Positions 11,312-25,470 of a DNA stretch of 40,670 nucleotides are shown here, piece by piece. The notes below the pieces were generated by a model. The model made no database searches, was not told the DNA's origin, and worked only from the letters and a program-made list of their open reading frames with translations. The position numbers were made by a program, and so were the translations under genes. Positions within the stretch are counted from its first letter, which is position 1, and each line of letters begins with the position of its first letter. Source of the DNA: Catajapyx aquilonaris (lineage: Eukaryota); NCBI GenBank assembly GCA_000934665.2, contig JYFJ02004584.1:1-40670 (forward strand), read 5' to 3'.

Positions 11312-11728
11312 ACACCGAAGCAGCAGTAGCTGAGGGGATTTGGTATCCGGCTGCAAATCGGGAGGTCCAGGGATCAAATCCCCAGGCCGGCAACTCTGAC
11401 CGTGGTTTTCTGTGGTTTCCCACGGTCACCCCCAGGTGAATACCGGAGTTGTTTCCTAATCGTAGGCCACAGCCGCTTCCTGCCTTCCCTATCCCTGCCC
11501 CGTACTGGAGGAGGTGCGGCGTTTGTGGGAGGCCTCTTACCCGCACCTAGAGGGTCGTCTTTCAACCTAGCCCTCTGGGGGACTGCACACGGCCTCCGCC
11601 ATGAGACATTGCACTTGCACCACTGTCCCCCCCTCCATTCCAGCACCGGAGAGTTAGAAAATGGTAGAAAAGACCTCCCCCCTACATAAGCCAGAAGGCT
11701 TCAAGGGTGTAATTAAAAAAAAAAAAAA
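11312..11728 (+). mobile_element. tRNA-derived SINE, copy 1
   Basis: Degenerate A/B boxes (tagctgagggg; ggatcaaatcc). Body shared with the copy at 29769. Poly(A) tail at 11715-11731. TSD aaatacctttta at 11300-11311 and 11729-11740. Confidence 0.88.
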
Positions 11729-12504
11729 AAATACCTTTTACAGCACACCATATGCAATGTACACTGTGAAAGTGATGCAGATGAGACTGTCCTGCCCTGC
11801 TCAACCACCATTCACCGAGAAAACACGAAATCTGTTAATTGCTACCGCACACAATTTGCTGCCGAATCACCCATTTTCCAACCCGCTTCCTAATGCGCTT
11901 CAGCCTCAGGGACATTATGTGAAAGTATTACTGTAAGCAGCTATAAGGCTAATACGGGAGGTATGAAATGGCCAAGTCTTCGGAAGGTCATCTCTAAGTA
12001 CTGTACAAAATCATGTACATTTTCCTAATATCAACTGACATATCGTTGCCCTTTGAAACGATTGTGGTTGTCGATAGGAAATACTAGTGTGATCCAAAAG
12101 TATGTGGATACGTAGCCATAAATTGTATTGTTGGTTGACAACTCCAGACTTTTGGGTCACCCTGTAAAATCCCACTAATTTCTCCCCCACACTCAACATA
12201 AACAGCTGGGTGGAGTTTCCACCAATGGTTTCTTTGCTGTGCATTGCCTTTGGGTAGCCCATTGTTTCAAGAGAATAATGAGAGTTGTGTCCCTGCCAAA
12301 CAAGCCGCATCATGTTTACGCACGTTCCTAGCTTTCCATCACTAGTTTCGTCCGTCACCCTCGCACACTCATAAACACACAAGATCCTGAAATTATTACC
12401 ACCGCCTCCTCCTCCCGATCCTCTCTTCAGTCTCCTTATTCCCACACACCCAGTTCGAAAACGGATCGCCTTCACCTGGAGCTGCTCCGAACAGTTTCCG
12501 TTAC

Positions 12505-13110
12505 CTGCCCTAGCTCTCTCTCCCTTTAAACTCGGTCACAACCCCTGCCCAGCAGACGGGGCCTCTCTCTCTCTCTCTCTCTCACTCAGAACAAACAAGG
12601 CACCAAACGCGTCAACACGCCAACCGGTGACTCATCCGTCCTCCACATATCCATTATACATATATCTTGCATACAAATGCGCCCCCGACTCACACACACA
12701 GGGCTGCGACTTAGCCCACTTGGAACCTCCTTTTCCTTATCGCCAATCAAGACGCCCTGTGCGATGGTACGGGTAAATGTAAAATAAATGGTACTAACAC
12801 CATTAGGCAGGAGTAACCGCCACTCCTGAGCCCAACCACTCCATGTTTCCACCAGCTTCCCTTCTCGCTACTTGTACTGCAGGAATTGTGTCCTAGTGCA
12901 GCACTACAATCTGGTGTTCCTCCCTCTTCGATGGTGGTCAAGCTGTGCCTGATTATTATCGTCGTGTCACACACACACACACACACACAAGACACAACAT
13001 ACATATAGGGAGGGAAGGGGCATAGTTTGCGCGCTTTCCGCCAGGGCACCGCCATTCATCCGCCCCATACAAAATCCATCCATCCACACATCCGGCTCAC
13101 AGACGCCAAA
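12505..13110 (-). promoter_or_regulatory. Probable promoter / non-coding first exon region of the Bcl-2-family gene
   Basis: CpG-richer stretch with (CT)n and (CA)n runs and a CCAAT at about 12743. Minus-strand donor cag|gtaacg at 12504 could splice to the acceptor at 11258. Confidence 0.4.
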
Positions 13111-15085
13111 GGGGAAAAAAACACTCTCCTAGCTTTTTTATGTTCACTCTCTCTGGCAGCCTGGCATTAGAGCAGATACCTCCCCGTTTAAGTGACCTCA
13201 CTTTGACATTAACATTAATTAGCAGAAAAAATCAGGCGCTGTGTTACTTCTGGATATGTTATACCTTGGTTATACCACCAAGAGCTCTTGGTTATACAGA
13301 ACAATTTTACCAGACATGGATTATATGACCTGCTTATTCCTCCTCTCTAGGAGAGAACACCAGTCATGTGCATAAATCGACAATTTTGCCTTTACCTGTG
13401 ACACCTATGATTGAATGTGAGAGAATTGGAGGGAATTCATTTTGCTTTCATGACTTCACTCCAACATGAACATTGTACTGTACTGCACATTGGAAAAATC
13501 CCCTGTTTGAAGTCAGATAAGCCTTCTCAATGGTGACATCACGCAGGAAGATTTGGGCTATCATGCCACCACATTCATTTAAAATTTTGCCTGAACCCCA
13601 AGACTGAAAAATTAAACACCATAAAATTTGATGTGGTTTTGACCAATGGGTACAAAATCATGCACAGGAAATTGTCATGTAAATAAAACACATTGCTCTC
13701 CTGATCTGTAGTTTCCATGGATGCTATTGCAGCACATTTTTATCAAAGAGCATTGGAACCTAGGAACACTGGGGTGAAATACAAACCCCCTCCCATGACA
13801 GAAGTGAATGTTATTGACAAATATTAAAATAACTTGCCCTATTGTCAGATTGACCTAGTAAACAAGCTTCATTGAAAATGCTACCACTGAAGCAAAGTGT
13901 TGAAAAAATTCAGTAGGCAGCAGGTACACTTTCTTCTCTCCAAATAGTCTGGATATTTCTCAACTAGTGGTTCAGAGGCCCTCCTCTACCAGCATGCCTT
14001 AGATCTGTTGAGAATGACACATTCCCAGGTCAGGCTGGAGTTCAGTCACACAGGTCACAGAATCTACTCTATATTGGCTGTCTCTGTCCTTAGCTATTTG
14101 CCAAGGCTAACTCTATTCTCACAAATAAAGAAATAATACATATGTTTTGTGCATGCACAACTTCCTTATGAGTATCAGCTAATTCTGAAACACTCTCATA
14201 ACACCAAGCTGACCAACAGGTTTAAGAAATAGTTGCTAAGAACATTGCAACAGACAGCACTTAAATATGGATACACAGGCCCTCATAGTTGTAATCCATA
14301 TGGCAAAAACTCATCAACACAGGGTCCCTGTAGGTTTCTGATGGAGGAGGCCACCGATTGAATCAAAATCTGAAGGCAGAGGCAGCATGACCCAAATGGG
14401 GCCTCCGTTTATTCATACGCAATTTTCATCCAAAGGATAAGAACAAAAAGAAAATGAAAATTAATTAACAAAGGGATCACTTTACAATAATTTGCAATGT
14501 GTCAATTATTATGCTGCCATGCACTATGGAAAGTTTGTTGGGAGAAGAGAGGTGAAGGTTGGTTTTGGGTTACTTAGCAATGAGGAATTGGGATATTAAA
14601 TTCAAAAGGTCATACTTTAAGGGTGGGTGACAGGTAACAGGGTAGGAAAATCACATCAATCTAATAATAATCACCCTTCGGTTCAAAAAACAAAAGTATC
14701 ACAAGGGGCTCAGAATCAAGCCCAGCAAAAAATCGTCTTTTTTCCTTTTATTTACGCTTCGTCTTCACCATCTGCTCTTTTTATCTTTAACCATGTCCTT
14801 CACACACAATGGAATAAGCCGGTCCCAAGAAAGTTTGGAAAAAATCATTAAGGGAAACACACTCGAGGACTTGTATGGGTAAGGTAAATTTCTTCTCTGT
14901 CAAAAAAATGTGGTCAGATTGAGAGAAAAGGAAATAAACACCAGGCAAATTTGGCTGCTCCACTCAAAAATTCCACATAAGGGAGGGAGGGCAGGGAGGA
15001 GGAGGATAGTACAAGTCAGGGGCATGGGTTGGGGGAAAAGTGGGTTCAGTGGGGTGGTATAAAGGTCAGAGGGGAAGAGGACCCG

Positions 15086-18000
15086 CTACTCCGTGTATTC
15101 CCACCAGTCCTTTTCATATCCTTCGTGCACGTGCTCCAGCAGCACCTTGCGTCGACTTTCGCAGTACCTAGAAGGCAACAATTCTTAATTACAAATTCAA
15201 CAGCCAAATGTATTGTGAAAACTAATGCGTATATGAAAAGTAAGCTCTAATTGTTTCATCATTTATTGACTACTTTTCACCACAAGCAGCAGTCCTGAGT
15301 TGGTCACAATATATTAATACAAGGAATAATGCAGGTAAGATGGGGAGAGTTAAAGGAGAAACTATGGAGAAACACAAGGTTTCCAATAACAACTATGGTG
15401 GTGTTTTCATTGTTTAAAGGTCCAGATACCTTCGTTAATCTGACAAAAGGACGAATTCGCCATTTTTTCCAAAATTGAGTTATGGCCACTGCCAGCACCA
15501 TCAAGTGTTGGGTCACATTGCGACAAAACCGGAAACACACAAGACAAGTGTCCTCAGAGTTTCAACGGAAAGTAAAGAGGCCATCCTATGTACAAGTATT
15601 TGTATAGTTTGCAGGTATCTTTTGGTTCTCCTGTAAAATGCGCATAACATTGAATTCGTCCTTTTATCAGATTGCCGACGATATTTTAATATCACAAACA
15701 GCACTAAACCTGCCTGTAGTTTACCATATTATCATGAATTTTCCACATAATATTGAGGCGGGACAACCTGGAACAATGCAACCTACCTGTACTTGTCCTG
15801 CACCTTCTGTTTGATGTCAGCCAAGTTCTCCTGCGTGATGTCACGCTCCAGATATTCAGACAGAGTCTCAGTTGCACTCTCCAGATCTCGCTGGTTGTCC
15901 TAAAGAATAAAGATAAAGATAATAAAATGATGAAGATAACAACAGCAGACAAAACCAGTAACGATGATGATACAACGATCCTTCTTATTGGTTTTGGAAA
16001 ATTAGAAATGGACACCATGAATGTGGGCATAGCTGCACGTGGGGTAGGGGGTCAGGAACTATAAAAACCTTTTCCATGTGGATCCCCAGTGAGTCACTTT
16101 GCATTTCATGAATTCCAAATAAGGTAACAGTGATGCCTCTTCCACCAACCTCACTGTCTGTCAGTTAAGGGGGCACTACAGTCATCGACCTTCGAAAATG
16201 TGATGTTAAAAATAAAAATAAAATGAAAAAAATCAAGTGTCTTTTCCTGTGTCGAACGTGGCAAACCGCGTCCCGAAATTCAAAAAATAGGCGCGTCGGG
16301 AGCCAACGCCTGGCAACGACCTTCGGAATCTTTTAACTTCAAAAAATTTTCAGTTTGCCGGATTTGGACACTGCAGGCATCGCCCAGGCCACAAAAATTT
16401 AGCTACGGACTTCCCACTTCACCAGATTCATCCTCAAACATGGCGCTATCGTTCGGCCTAAAAGAATTAGCCTGCTCGAACTACGAGTACTTCTATTTGT
16501 AACTTTATTAAATGTTTTCTCAAAACTGCTTAATTTTGTAGTTATCTTTCTGAAATCATCAAAAAAAATACTAAAACAATTTCAAAAATTATAATTCTAC
16601 GTCAAACGAAAACTACATACTCAAGGAAGCCTGAGGTCAAATCTGATGGTTGTAGGTTGACCCCAGCGCCCTAAATCGTGCCCGCAGTGGTGGGACGTCA
16701 CGCGGCCCTGGCGGCCCTCCGACACATGGACGTGATTCGATTATACGCGGTAATAGGTTTTTGACTTATGCACATTCATGAAAATGAAGTCCCAACTTCT
16801 TGTGTCTAATAGTTTTTTTCGGATAAACTATTGCTTATCCGCACCATAACAACACGGTCAGTATTAGGCCTCCCGACGGTTGGCAACGTTGCGTCGCAAA
16901 CAATCGGGTGCCTACTGATACTTCTGCATGGTTACATGGAACTGTGCTTCATTCTTTTTTTTCAGGGTTTCGGGGATTTTGAGGTGATTAAGTGGACGGA
17001 ATAGCCCTTTGTCTTGGTGTTGCTGTATGGCTTTTTGTTATCGCAACAGTACTGTACATTGTTGTGGCCCTGCCAGGCACGGTACGTCGCCCGTGCGTGA
17101 TATTTTTAGTTTTTGCGGAGCGAAAGCGGAGCTGGGCGCTTATTGTGGGTTTCTGTATCCGCACCATTTACTGTCCGTCTTGTGGCGCCGCAGGCCAACG
17201 AAAGTTATTGTGGCTTTGCCAAGCGCAAAGTACACCGTCACACAGTCCGTTAAACCAACGAACTACATGACGCCAAGTTCCGCCAGTCACAACCCGGCTC
17301 TCCCCTCCAATCATGCCCACAACTCACTCTGCAGGAATACTACTGCACACGCTCAGAAAACACGGCTGGTGTGACATCATATCGTTCTTTGGGTTAACGG
17401 ACTGCAGCAAGTGCCAGCAACCATCATGGCTCTCATATTTCCCACCTCCTTTATTAATACTGTGGTCCTAGTAGCACTAGTCTGATCGGTTCGCGTGGCA
17501 GGGGTAAGAAGATGCCCTTTGTTGTGCTCCCCGGGCAACTGGTTGTTTGCGACGCGCAGCCAACATGTTTGGAGCACACGACGCTAGGTGCGGATAAAGG
17601 ATAGACTTTCCTTTTTTTTTTTCTTGGGGGGGGGAGAGGGGAGAGAGAGATTTTTTCCCCCACAAGACCCTTCACTTTGACTGTAGTGCCTCCTTAATCC
17701 CACAATCCGGCTATACTACATGTGCCTCTTAACAAACTGTTAAGGTTGGTATAACTGAGAATGAGACTGCCAATAAACCATAATACCAGTAAACCCTCAT
17801 TAATCCCAGGCAGGGCCAGGGTCAGTTGTGGCAGGTCAGACACAGTAAGACTCTCACATTCTTACCTCTAAGATCTCAATTTGATGGCTTGGAACAATTT
17901 TGGCGTTTTTTTTTTTTTAAATAAATAAATAAATAAGTAAATGCCAAAGAGTGATTAGATACATTTGAAATATTCTTAATATTCCTGATCTCATGCAACC

Positions 18001-21000
18001 AGCACTAAAGACGTAAGCTGAAGACCTCACAGATATCTGTTACATGTTGCAAATTATCAATGAAAACCTTTGTCACAGTTCACACTCACCTCAAATATGA
18101 CAGACTGGTTGTTTTTGCGCAGGTAATATGCAAATACGTATGTGTACATGAGAGTCTGGCGACACTGGCAGAGGATGTCAACAGCCTTGCGCAGGAACTG
18201 CACTTCAATCCAGCTCATATTATGCTGCTGCATTTCCTCCATCTTCTCTTTGACTGCAGCGTAGAGTTTGTGCTCAAACTTGAGGGATTGCATGTGGTTC
18301 ATATATCGGTTGCAGTAGAAAAGGTAGCGTTGGAGGGCTGCCCTGGACCTCTCCTGAGCATCCCTGGCAGCCTTTGCCTCCTCTTCATCATACCGGTTGC
18401 AGTTGTACCACGAGGAGCCATGGGGCTCCCAGGGACCCAAGCACACCCAGCAGAAGTCTGCCTTGCAGTTCTGGTTCTTGCAAACCATATGGTTGCATCC
18501 CCCATCCTTTTCAATTGTCACGTTGCACTTCGGACATTCCTACAAAAAGGGATTCAACGTATAAATAGATTGTGAGACCAGAAATCTGGAATAAGTACTA
18601 ACAACAAAGACTATGCCCAGAGATGCATATTTTGCCAGACCTCGGGCAAGAAGGCTCAATGCACATGTGCACTACACTCCCACACTCTGTCGCTGCATCC
18701 AGAAAAACAATGACAACAAAAACCAGCCACAAAGAATCGAACATGCCTCACTGATTCCATTCACAACCACTATGTTTAAAAGTATCTCCTATGTCAGGGG
18801 TGGGCAATCTACGGCCCGCAAAGCCAATTTGTGAGGCCCGCACAAAAATTTCGGAATTCCTGAAAATTTTGAAAAATTGAAATTGAAAATTTTTGTGCTT
18901 GTGCCTTTCTTTTTGATTCTTTTTAATCCACAAGAACATTGTTTTTTTATTTATTTATACAGACCATTTTCATTGACATATTTAGCTAATTTTATTGATT
19001 TTCAGAGAATTTAATGATAATTTAAGCAATTAATGGAAGTTCATTTAAAACGATGGATATAATTATCATTGTCAACTTTTTATTAATTTGAAATTACATT
19101 TCAACTGATTAAAAAGATACAATTTGACGGCCGCATCTAACAAAAGAAATTCTTTCGTTAGATGCGGCCCGTCAAATTTCTTAAAATCTCTGTGGCCCAC
19201 AGAGAAAAAAGGTTGCCTACCCCTGTCCAGCTGTCCTATATGATCAGGTGTTCCAGACTGATATTCAAAAGTTTGTACATTATAAATCCTGCTACAGCCA
19301 GCTGTAACTTTGTAATAAGGTTATGTATTAAAAATAAACATTACAGCTTTTGGGAAGATACAATTTCAGCTCAACAACACCACAGCTGGTGAGATACTTC
19401 TGAACCAGTGAGCTCCAACAACTTTGCTTCTGGGGCTCAATAGCTGAAGTCACTGGCCGTCTAACTTGACCCCTCTCATGAGAGAAGTACGTTATCAACA
19501 TATCAGATGGCTGTTGCCTATGGAGTGCACCCTCTGTATTTATCCCACAAGGCAAGGGTAGCACAGAAAAATATTACAATGCCAAGAGGTCAAAATTTTG
19601 CCAGGTATTTCGTTACTTGAACTGATGCCGAGTGTAAGAAACTGTTCTTATTTTTATGCACTTTGTAGTGCTAGTATTTTTCTCTTCAATTTTCAAAAAA
19701 GTTTGAGTTCAACACTACACTGACAGTACCGGGCTCAATGAAATTAAAATATTAGAGACACTGTACCTTTGTATTGGCAGCAATCCAATTAGATGTTTCA
19801 GAGTCATCATCGCATTTCTTGATCCACTTTTTGAGCAGGGTACATCTAACAGGGTCATGCCAGTTTTCCCCACACGCAAAGCAGAATGTGTGCCCACACT
19901 TGCAGCGGACAGGTCGAGCTTCCACATATTGGACTTTTATTGCATTCGAGCAGTCCGGAGAAGGACACCACCTCAGCAATCGGTTGCACTGTTGAATATC
20001 ATAAGTTACTGGATAATTCCATATAAATATGCATTTTGAAAATTATCAAGTACTTTCTGACAAATATAAATATGTGGTGATGAGTACCTCATCCACTGTA
20101 ATCAATGCTGTAGTCACAGATTGGCTATAACAAAACAGATTTCCTAGTGGCATGAGACAAACCAACTTACTTCAACAAAGCTGTTGGTGATGAGGTGCTG
20201 GTACTTGAGCCGAACCTTTGGGTCCCGCACCAGGCGCATGACATTTGCATCATCTACAAGAATGTCACATCCATGGGCAGCACAGGCAATGGTCTGACCT
20301 ACTCCTTCTTCCATTATCTTGGTTGTCAAATACTCTCCCCAGCATTGGGTGCAGAAGCGATGACCACATTCAAGACCAGTCATTATCTAACAGCAAATGT
20401 GAGAGTAAGATATGTGAGATTGACATTAGACTGTTATCCTATAAAGTTTAAAGTTCTTGAGTTCCCCCAAGGTATGTGTGGCTTCATGAGTTTTCCCTGC
20501 CCCCCACCCCCTCCATGTCACCTCTCTTCCACCTCTTTTACCTTTTGCTGCATTATGGTATTAATATAATGTGTCACTCTTCATTTCAATACATAACATT
20601 CCAGCATTATTTTATCCATTGCATTTCGGCAATAAATAGCAAAAATACTGCTGCATGCATCCTTACACTGCATGTTTTCCTGCAAATCCCACATAGAACA
20701 GGGTAAACGGCACGACATATCCCATAGCAAAAATCATGGTCAACTTACAGATTTACCTGCATGATTTTACTTAAAAATTAAAACCTGTCATTCACGACAA
20801 TGCACTCCATCAACTAATAACAAGATTATTTAGAGCAATAAATATTTCACTGGTATGCTCAAGTCGTGCACTGTTTACCTTGGATTGGAAGAAATGTAGA
20901 GTTGCCAGGTTGAGTGTTACTTTTTCATATGGATATTGTATTCTGAGATCCCTTTGCAACTGTACTTAAAAAACTCACGAAAACCCACATAAACATAGGC

Positions 21001-24000
21001 AAGCTATTTTTTCTTCAATCTAGATTCTACACATATTATGGAAACTACTGATAACTAGACTGTGCTTATGGTGGCTATGAACCTACACATCACAATCTGA
21101 GAATTCTATGACATTAACACACTTCATAGTTTAAGAGGTCACCTTTCCAATGGCATCAACAAAATTACTACTTACCATGCAAATTAGCTCAGAGGGTGAC
21201 TGGGAAGTTTCAAATTACATTGACGCTTATGGGGAATTTCAACTATCCCGAATTAAGCATATGAGATATTCAAGCAATTTAAAATAAAATATACAAAATT
21301 CTGGGAATAAAGATAGTAATTCAGAAAAGAAAGGTAGCTACACCTTACCACATTGTTTAAATTGTTATCGTTGGAAAACTATCCAGTGACGTAGAATGGC
21401 TTCAGGCAAGGAAAGAAGTGGCAACTCAAGTGTATACGGTATCGATACAGTATGCCGCGATTCACACGAGGACTTTAGTAATTTGTTCCGATTGAATGTG
21501 CACATCTATGACATGCCTCCCCCTGCTTCAATTTGAAAATTCCACTGATCCAATTCCATCTGTCCCTTAGAGCCATACACCGGCAAAGGAGGCATTAGCT
21601 ATTGCCACCATCTTGGATAGAGAAATGAAAGTGTGTTTGCCTGTGGTGCATTGCACTTCCATCTTTCTCTCCACCAACTAACTCTCGACCAAATCCGATA
21701 CAGATGAAGAGCTACAGGCTACCCTTTAGAATTAAAACTTGCAAAAATGCCATGATAAGGCAGGACCTCGTAATTACAACCAAATAAAATGGTTTTCCAT
21801 TCAAAATAAAACTTTTTGAACATGTCTCCAAATCTCCTGTTACAGTATGTCAGCAGTTGTGAAAATAGTGACTACACACAAAAACTTCCAGCTGGTTTTT
21901 GGCTCATATTAAATCAAGTTTAAACGTAGGTTTAAATGGAATGCATAGGATTGAACACCATTTACTGCTGCATCGGGTGCATATGTTTCCCTGATTTTAA
22001 CTAAGATTCTTTTTAACTTGCCTAATCTAGTCTCTCAGTCCATCAGAGTGTAGGTTCATAGCCACCTTAACACATGGATAAGGGTATAAGAGAAGTATAT
22101 TCAAAAATTTCACAGCACTTACATGTGCTGGCATCATCAGGAAGCAGATTTCACATTCTTCCATTCCCTTTGCTGGAATCATATTATACTGGAAAAAAAC
22201 CAATTCGCTGTTATTTCACAACAGCATAACAACCACTACATTGTAATTACTTCGTTAGCATTTCACATGCTTATTCCGTCATATCAGTAATCAAGATAAC
22301 TCTGTAGCTACTGTGGAATTTTCTACTTAATCTGGTCTATCTGTACCAAAAACAAACATGGTTGGTTATAAGACAACTTCATTCATGCTCAACCTGAATT
22401 AATAACAAATTTAGAGTGATGTCTCTGGCACCAGTCCACCTGGAAGTGAGGTCACAGTTGAATCTAAGCCATTCGTGGTATTCATATGGATAGTCACACT
22501 GAAGCCAAGTGTTGCATCAACTGAAAAACTTGGTCCCATTTTCTTAGCTTGAAGTCTATGATTTAGGATTCTATAACAATTCCTGGATAAATTGGCTTGC
22601 TGAACATATTGAATGGCCATAGATTATAAGAATTTCTGGGCATTGTATCTGACTGAATAAGCATAATAATTGTTTCATTAAACCTGCCATGAAAAAGCTT
22701 TTACAATTTAGTTTAACATATGAGTGCTTCCACGACATCCTTTTCCCACTCTGAAAGGGTGATGTGATCATGCAAAAAGAACTACTTGCAGTTGAACAGT
22801 GAGATGATATATACTGATTTGTCTCTCACATTGTCAGGTTTGGAGCTTAACATATTTTAGCCATGTTATGGACACGAAAGAAAAATATGACAAAGAGAAG
22901 GCAAAGGTGGCTCACCTTTACTCGCTGGATGGGCTTCCGGAAGGGATCAATAACATGTGCCTCCTCAAAGAGTTTTTCTTGGTCGCCGTCGTAGTAGCGT
23001 TCCATGAGCTTCTCTTTGTCCCATTTAAAGTGATTTAGAAGAATTCGTGTTGTAGTTGCAGGAATCTGTAATAAGATCATTCACATTACACGATGCCAAC
23101 CTTCTTAACAACGGAAACATTATATGCAACTATCAACTAATATTACTACTTCTCTACATACTGCCCCCTAATCTCCACTATACCCCGAATTGCACCTAGG
23201 CGGTATGATCTGGTACTATTGACCTAATTTGGTTGCCATTTCTGTCACCTACGCATACACAGTCCACTTGGGCATCCAAAAGACTGTCAACAAGCTTAGC
23301 ATGACAGCAGGGGAACCTATTAGGATATATTTTAATGTGCGTAAAATCCTTTAAAATGTTTTAGCATTGTTCAGTCTTGTTTAAACTTGTCTGTAGTGGA
23401 AAACTGTCATGGAATGGAGCTGTTATACCACATACAGGTTTCACTGTATATCCACCATGACAATGCATTTGATAATATTGATTAAGGGCTATTTGACATT
23501 TAAAGGTGACAGATACATGGAGGAGAGTTGTCTGTCGTGACAAGTACTGTAAAAAATTTAGGGTGTATCTTAACACGGTTCTTCCATCTTATTACTGGTA
23601 ATAATAATACCGTATTACCTCAATTAAAGCAGCATGCTGGTGTATTCGAGGCTGATCAGTTTTTAGAAATGCATGATCTGGTGGCTATACTGGCATGCTG
23701 GTGTAAGTGAAGTATGCCGGTATGATGTGAGGTTTTCATTTACATTATTCTTTCAAAATTTGTCATTTGCCTGAAATCGAAATCCATGACATGGCTAATT
23801 GAAAAAAGGCACATTTTCTCAATCTAATACCATACAATATTTAGTTTTCAATCGCTCAGTGTGTGGCAATTATCTTTATATGTACAGTCTATTGTGGAGT
23901 TCAATGAGTACGTTACTTTCACTATCCCCATTTCGCTGATTTTTTGGGGGAGATACTATTTTTTTGAAATTAACCGTTTCATTTATTAATTTTACTGATA

Positions 24001-24445
24001 TCATTACTAACTGACCATCAGTGTGCCTGAACTATAAAACCTACAAGACCTGCAACCGCCTGCAACCCAAGGGGGTAACCACTCCCCAAAAAAGTGTACA
24101 CCAGTTCCTCGAACCTGGTGGTCCCACCCGGTTCCTGGCTGATTCCAGAAGGACCCTGCACACCGGTTCCACGAAGTGGTTACCCCCTCGCTGCAACCAG
24201 TGAGCTGTATTGCCTTGATCCTTTGTGATGGAGTAGGGGGTTCCCCTCCCAAAGCAGGCTGACAATGTGATTGGTCACATTCTATGCACTTTGCAACAGA
24301 ACTTGCAGCCCTGTACTCACACATTTGTTGCCACAACATTATTTTAGTACAGTGCTAGAAGCATTCAAAAAAATTTGACAAGGATCAAAGTGATGGAAAT
24401 CTACCTTGGAAAATTTGGCATGCTGGGCATCCCCATTGAGGTAAT

Positions 24446-24516
<71 letters not shown>

Positions 24517-25470
24517 TGCAGAAACCGCACTGGAATATCTGGCGCTTACTGGTGCTCAACTTCAATGCTTTCATTCCAGGCACATTCCGTTGAGTTGGCA
24601 TGCAAAAAAGCTTCATTCAACAGGCCAAGTCCAAGGCTGTGAATGATGTCAAAGTTTCCTAAAATACAGTTGAGTAGTGGTGCTAATGTAACGGATATGT
24701 GGAAGTGAATACTTATACTGTTCAGAGATATTTTAAAACTTTCCATGACAATAATTGCATCGATACAAATGAAACATGTCCTACTGAGACGTGATGTAAG
24801 CGTTCCATGGAAACTCTGGACACTTTGCGTAATTGTTGAAGTAAAATTGTGGCCCAGATAATGGTATCAACAACACGAGAACATGCGCCTTCCTCCCTAA
24901 TCATTTCAATGGAACTAGGTAAGTGCCATTGAAGTTTGCAATCAGACATAGCAGGGCATACACTTCAATAAACTGAACAAATGTGCTCATGTATGTTGCA
25001 GAACTTTAAAGTTTATCATTATCTGGTAGGCGTGTGCCACATGTACGTGCACTGTGGATTAGCACTGCAGCTGCTTTAGAGCTAAAACTGCATTGTGCAA
25101 TACCTGTGACAGCTGTGCCAACAAAGAACATTTGTTCAGGGTAAACACTCTTCAATACTCGATGTTCTATATGGAATTACAAGGACATTGTGGGCACAAT
25201 CACTACTGAAAGCATGACACTGGCAACACCAACTGTGGGTGGTGGCTGCAGTCGCACCTCAACAACGGTGTTGACCTCCTTGATGCAGTCGACCATGTGC
25301 TGCACAATCTCTTCGGTGGATAGGACCTCAAAGGGGTAGTCGTCCAGTTCCGGCTGCTTGTCCCTTCCGCTGACATTCTCCACCTCCATCATGGCCAGGT
25401 CCACGTCGTCCCCGCTGGACTCATTCCCGGAGTCCACCTCCTCGTACAGCGCCTCATCCTCTGCGTTCAT
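15086..25470 (-). CDS. ARIH1: E3 ubiquitin-protein ligase ariadne-1 (RBR family), 503 aa
   Basis: Eight GT-AG exons with consistent phase: 25470-25258, 23065-22916, 22188-22123, 20386-20171, 19988-19767, 18539-18090, 15899-15787, 15167-15086. Acidic N-terminus, RING1 (CEICF...CGHRFC), IBR (WCPSPDC...[11 protein letters not shown]), RING2 with catalytic [10 protein letters not shown], Ariadne domain ending [15 protein letters not shown]. Confidence 0.97.
16169..17693. mobile_element. Kolobok-like non-autonomous DNA transposon (1525 bp) in ARIH1 intron 6
   Basis: TIRs gggggcactacagtca / tgactgtagtgcctcc, flanked by perfect TTAA at 16165-16168 and 17694-17697. Purine (GG) termini with a TTAA target fit Kolobok rather than piggyBac. 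Confidence 0.8.
18795..19225. mobile_element. hAT (Charlie-like) MITE in ARIH1 intron 5
   Basis: TIRs caggggtgggcaa / ttgcctacccctg with subterminal ggcccg motifs and an AT-rich core. TSD is not clean. Confidence 0.8.
24068..24190. mobile_element. 123-bp MITE with 8-bp TSD (hAT- or P-like) in ARIH1 intron 1
   Basis: TIRs caagggggtaaccact / agtggttaccccctcg (1 mismatch). TSD ctgcaacc at 24060-24067 and 24191-24198. Confidence 0.75.
24450..24515. repeat. (TAA)n microsatellite
   Basis: About 22 consecutive taa units; the source of the poly-L/Y/I ORFs in the track. Confidence 0.95.

Noticed and set aside
17454..17600. THAP-like remnant in the Kolobok-like element
   Set aside because: Only a vague Cys/Pro pattern, without the conserved W and C-x-x-H-F in order.
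24339..24646. Poly-L, poly-Y and poly-I ORFs
   Set aside because: Translations of a (TAA)n microsatellite.
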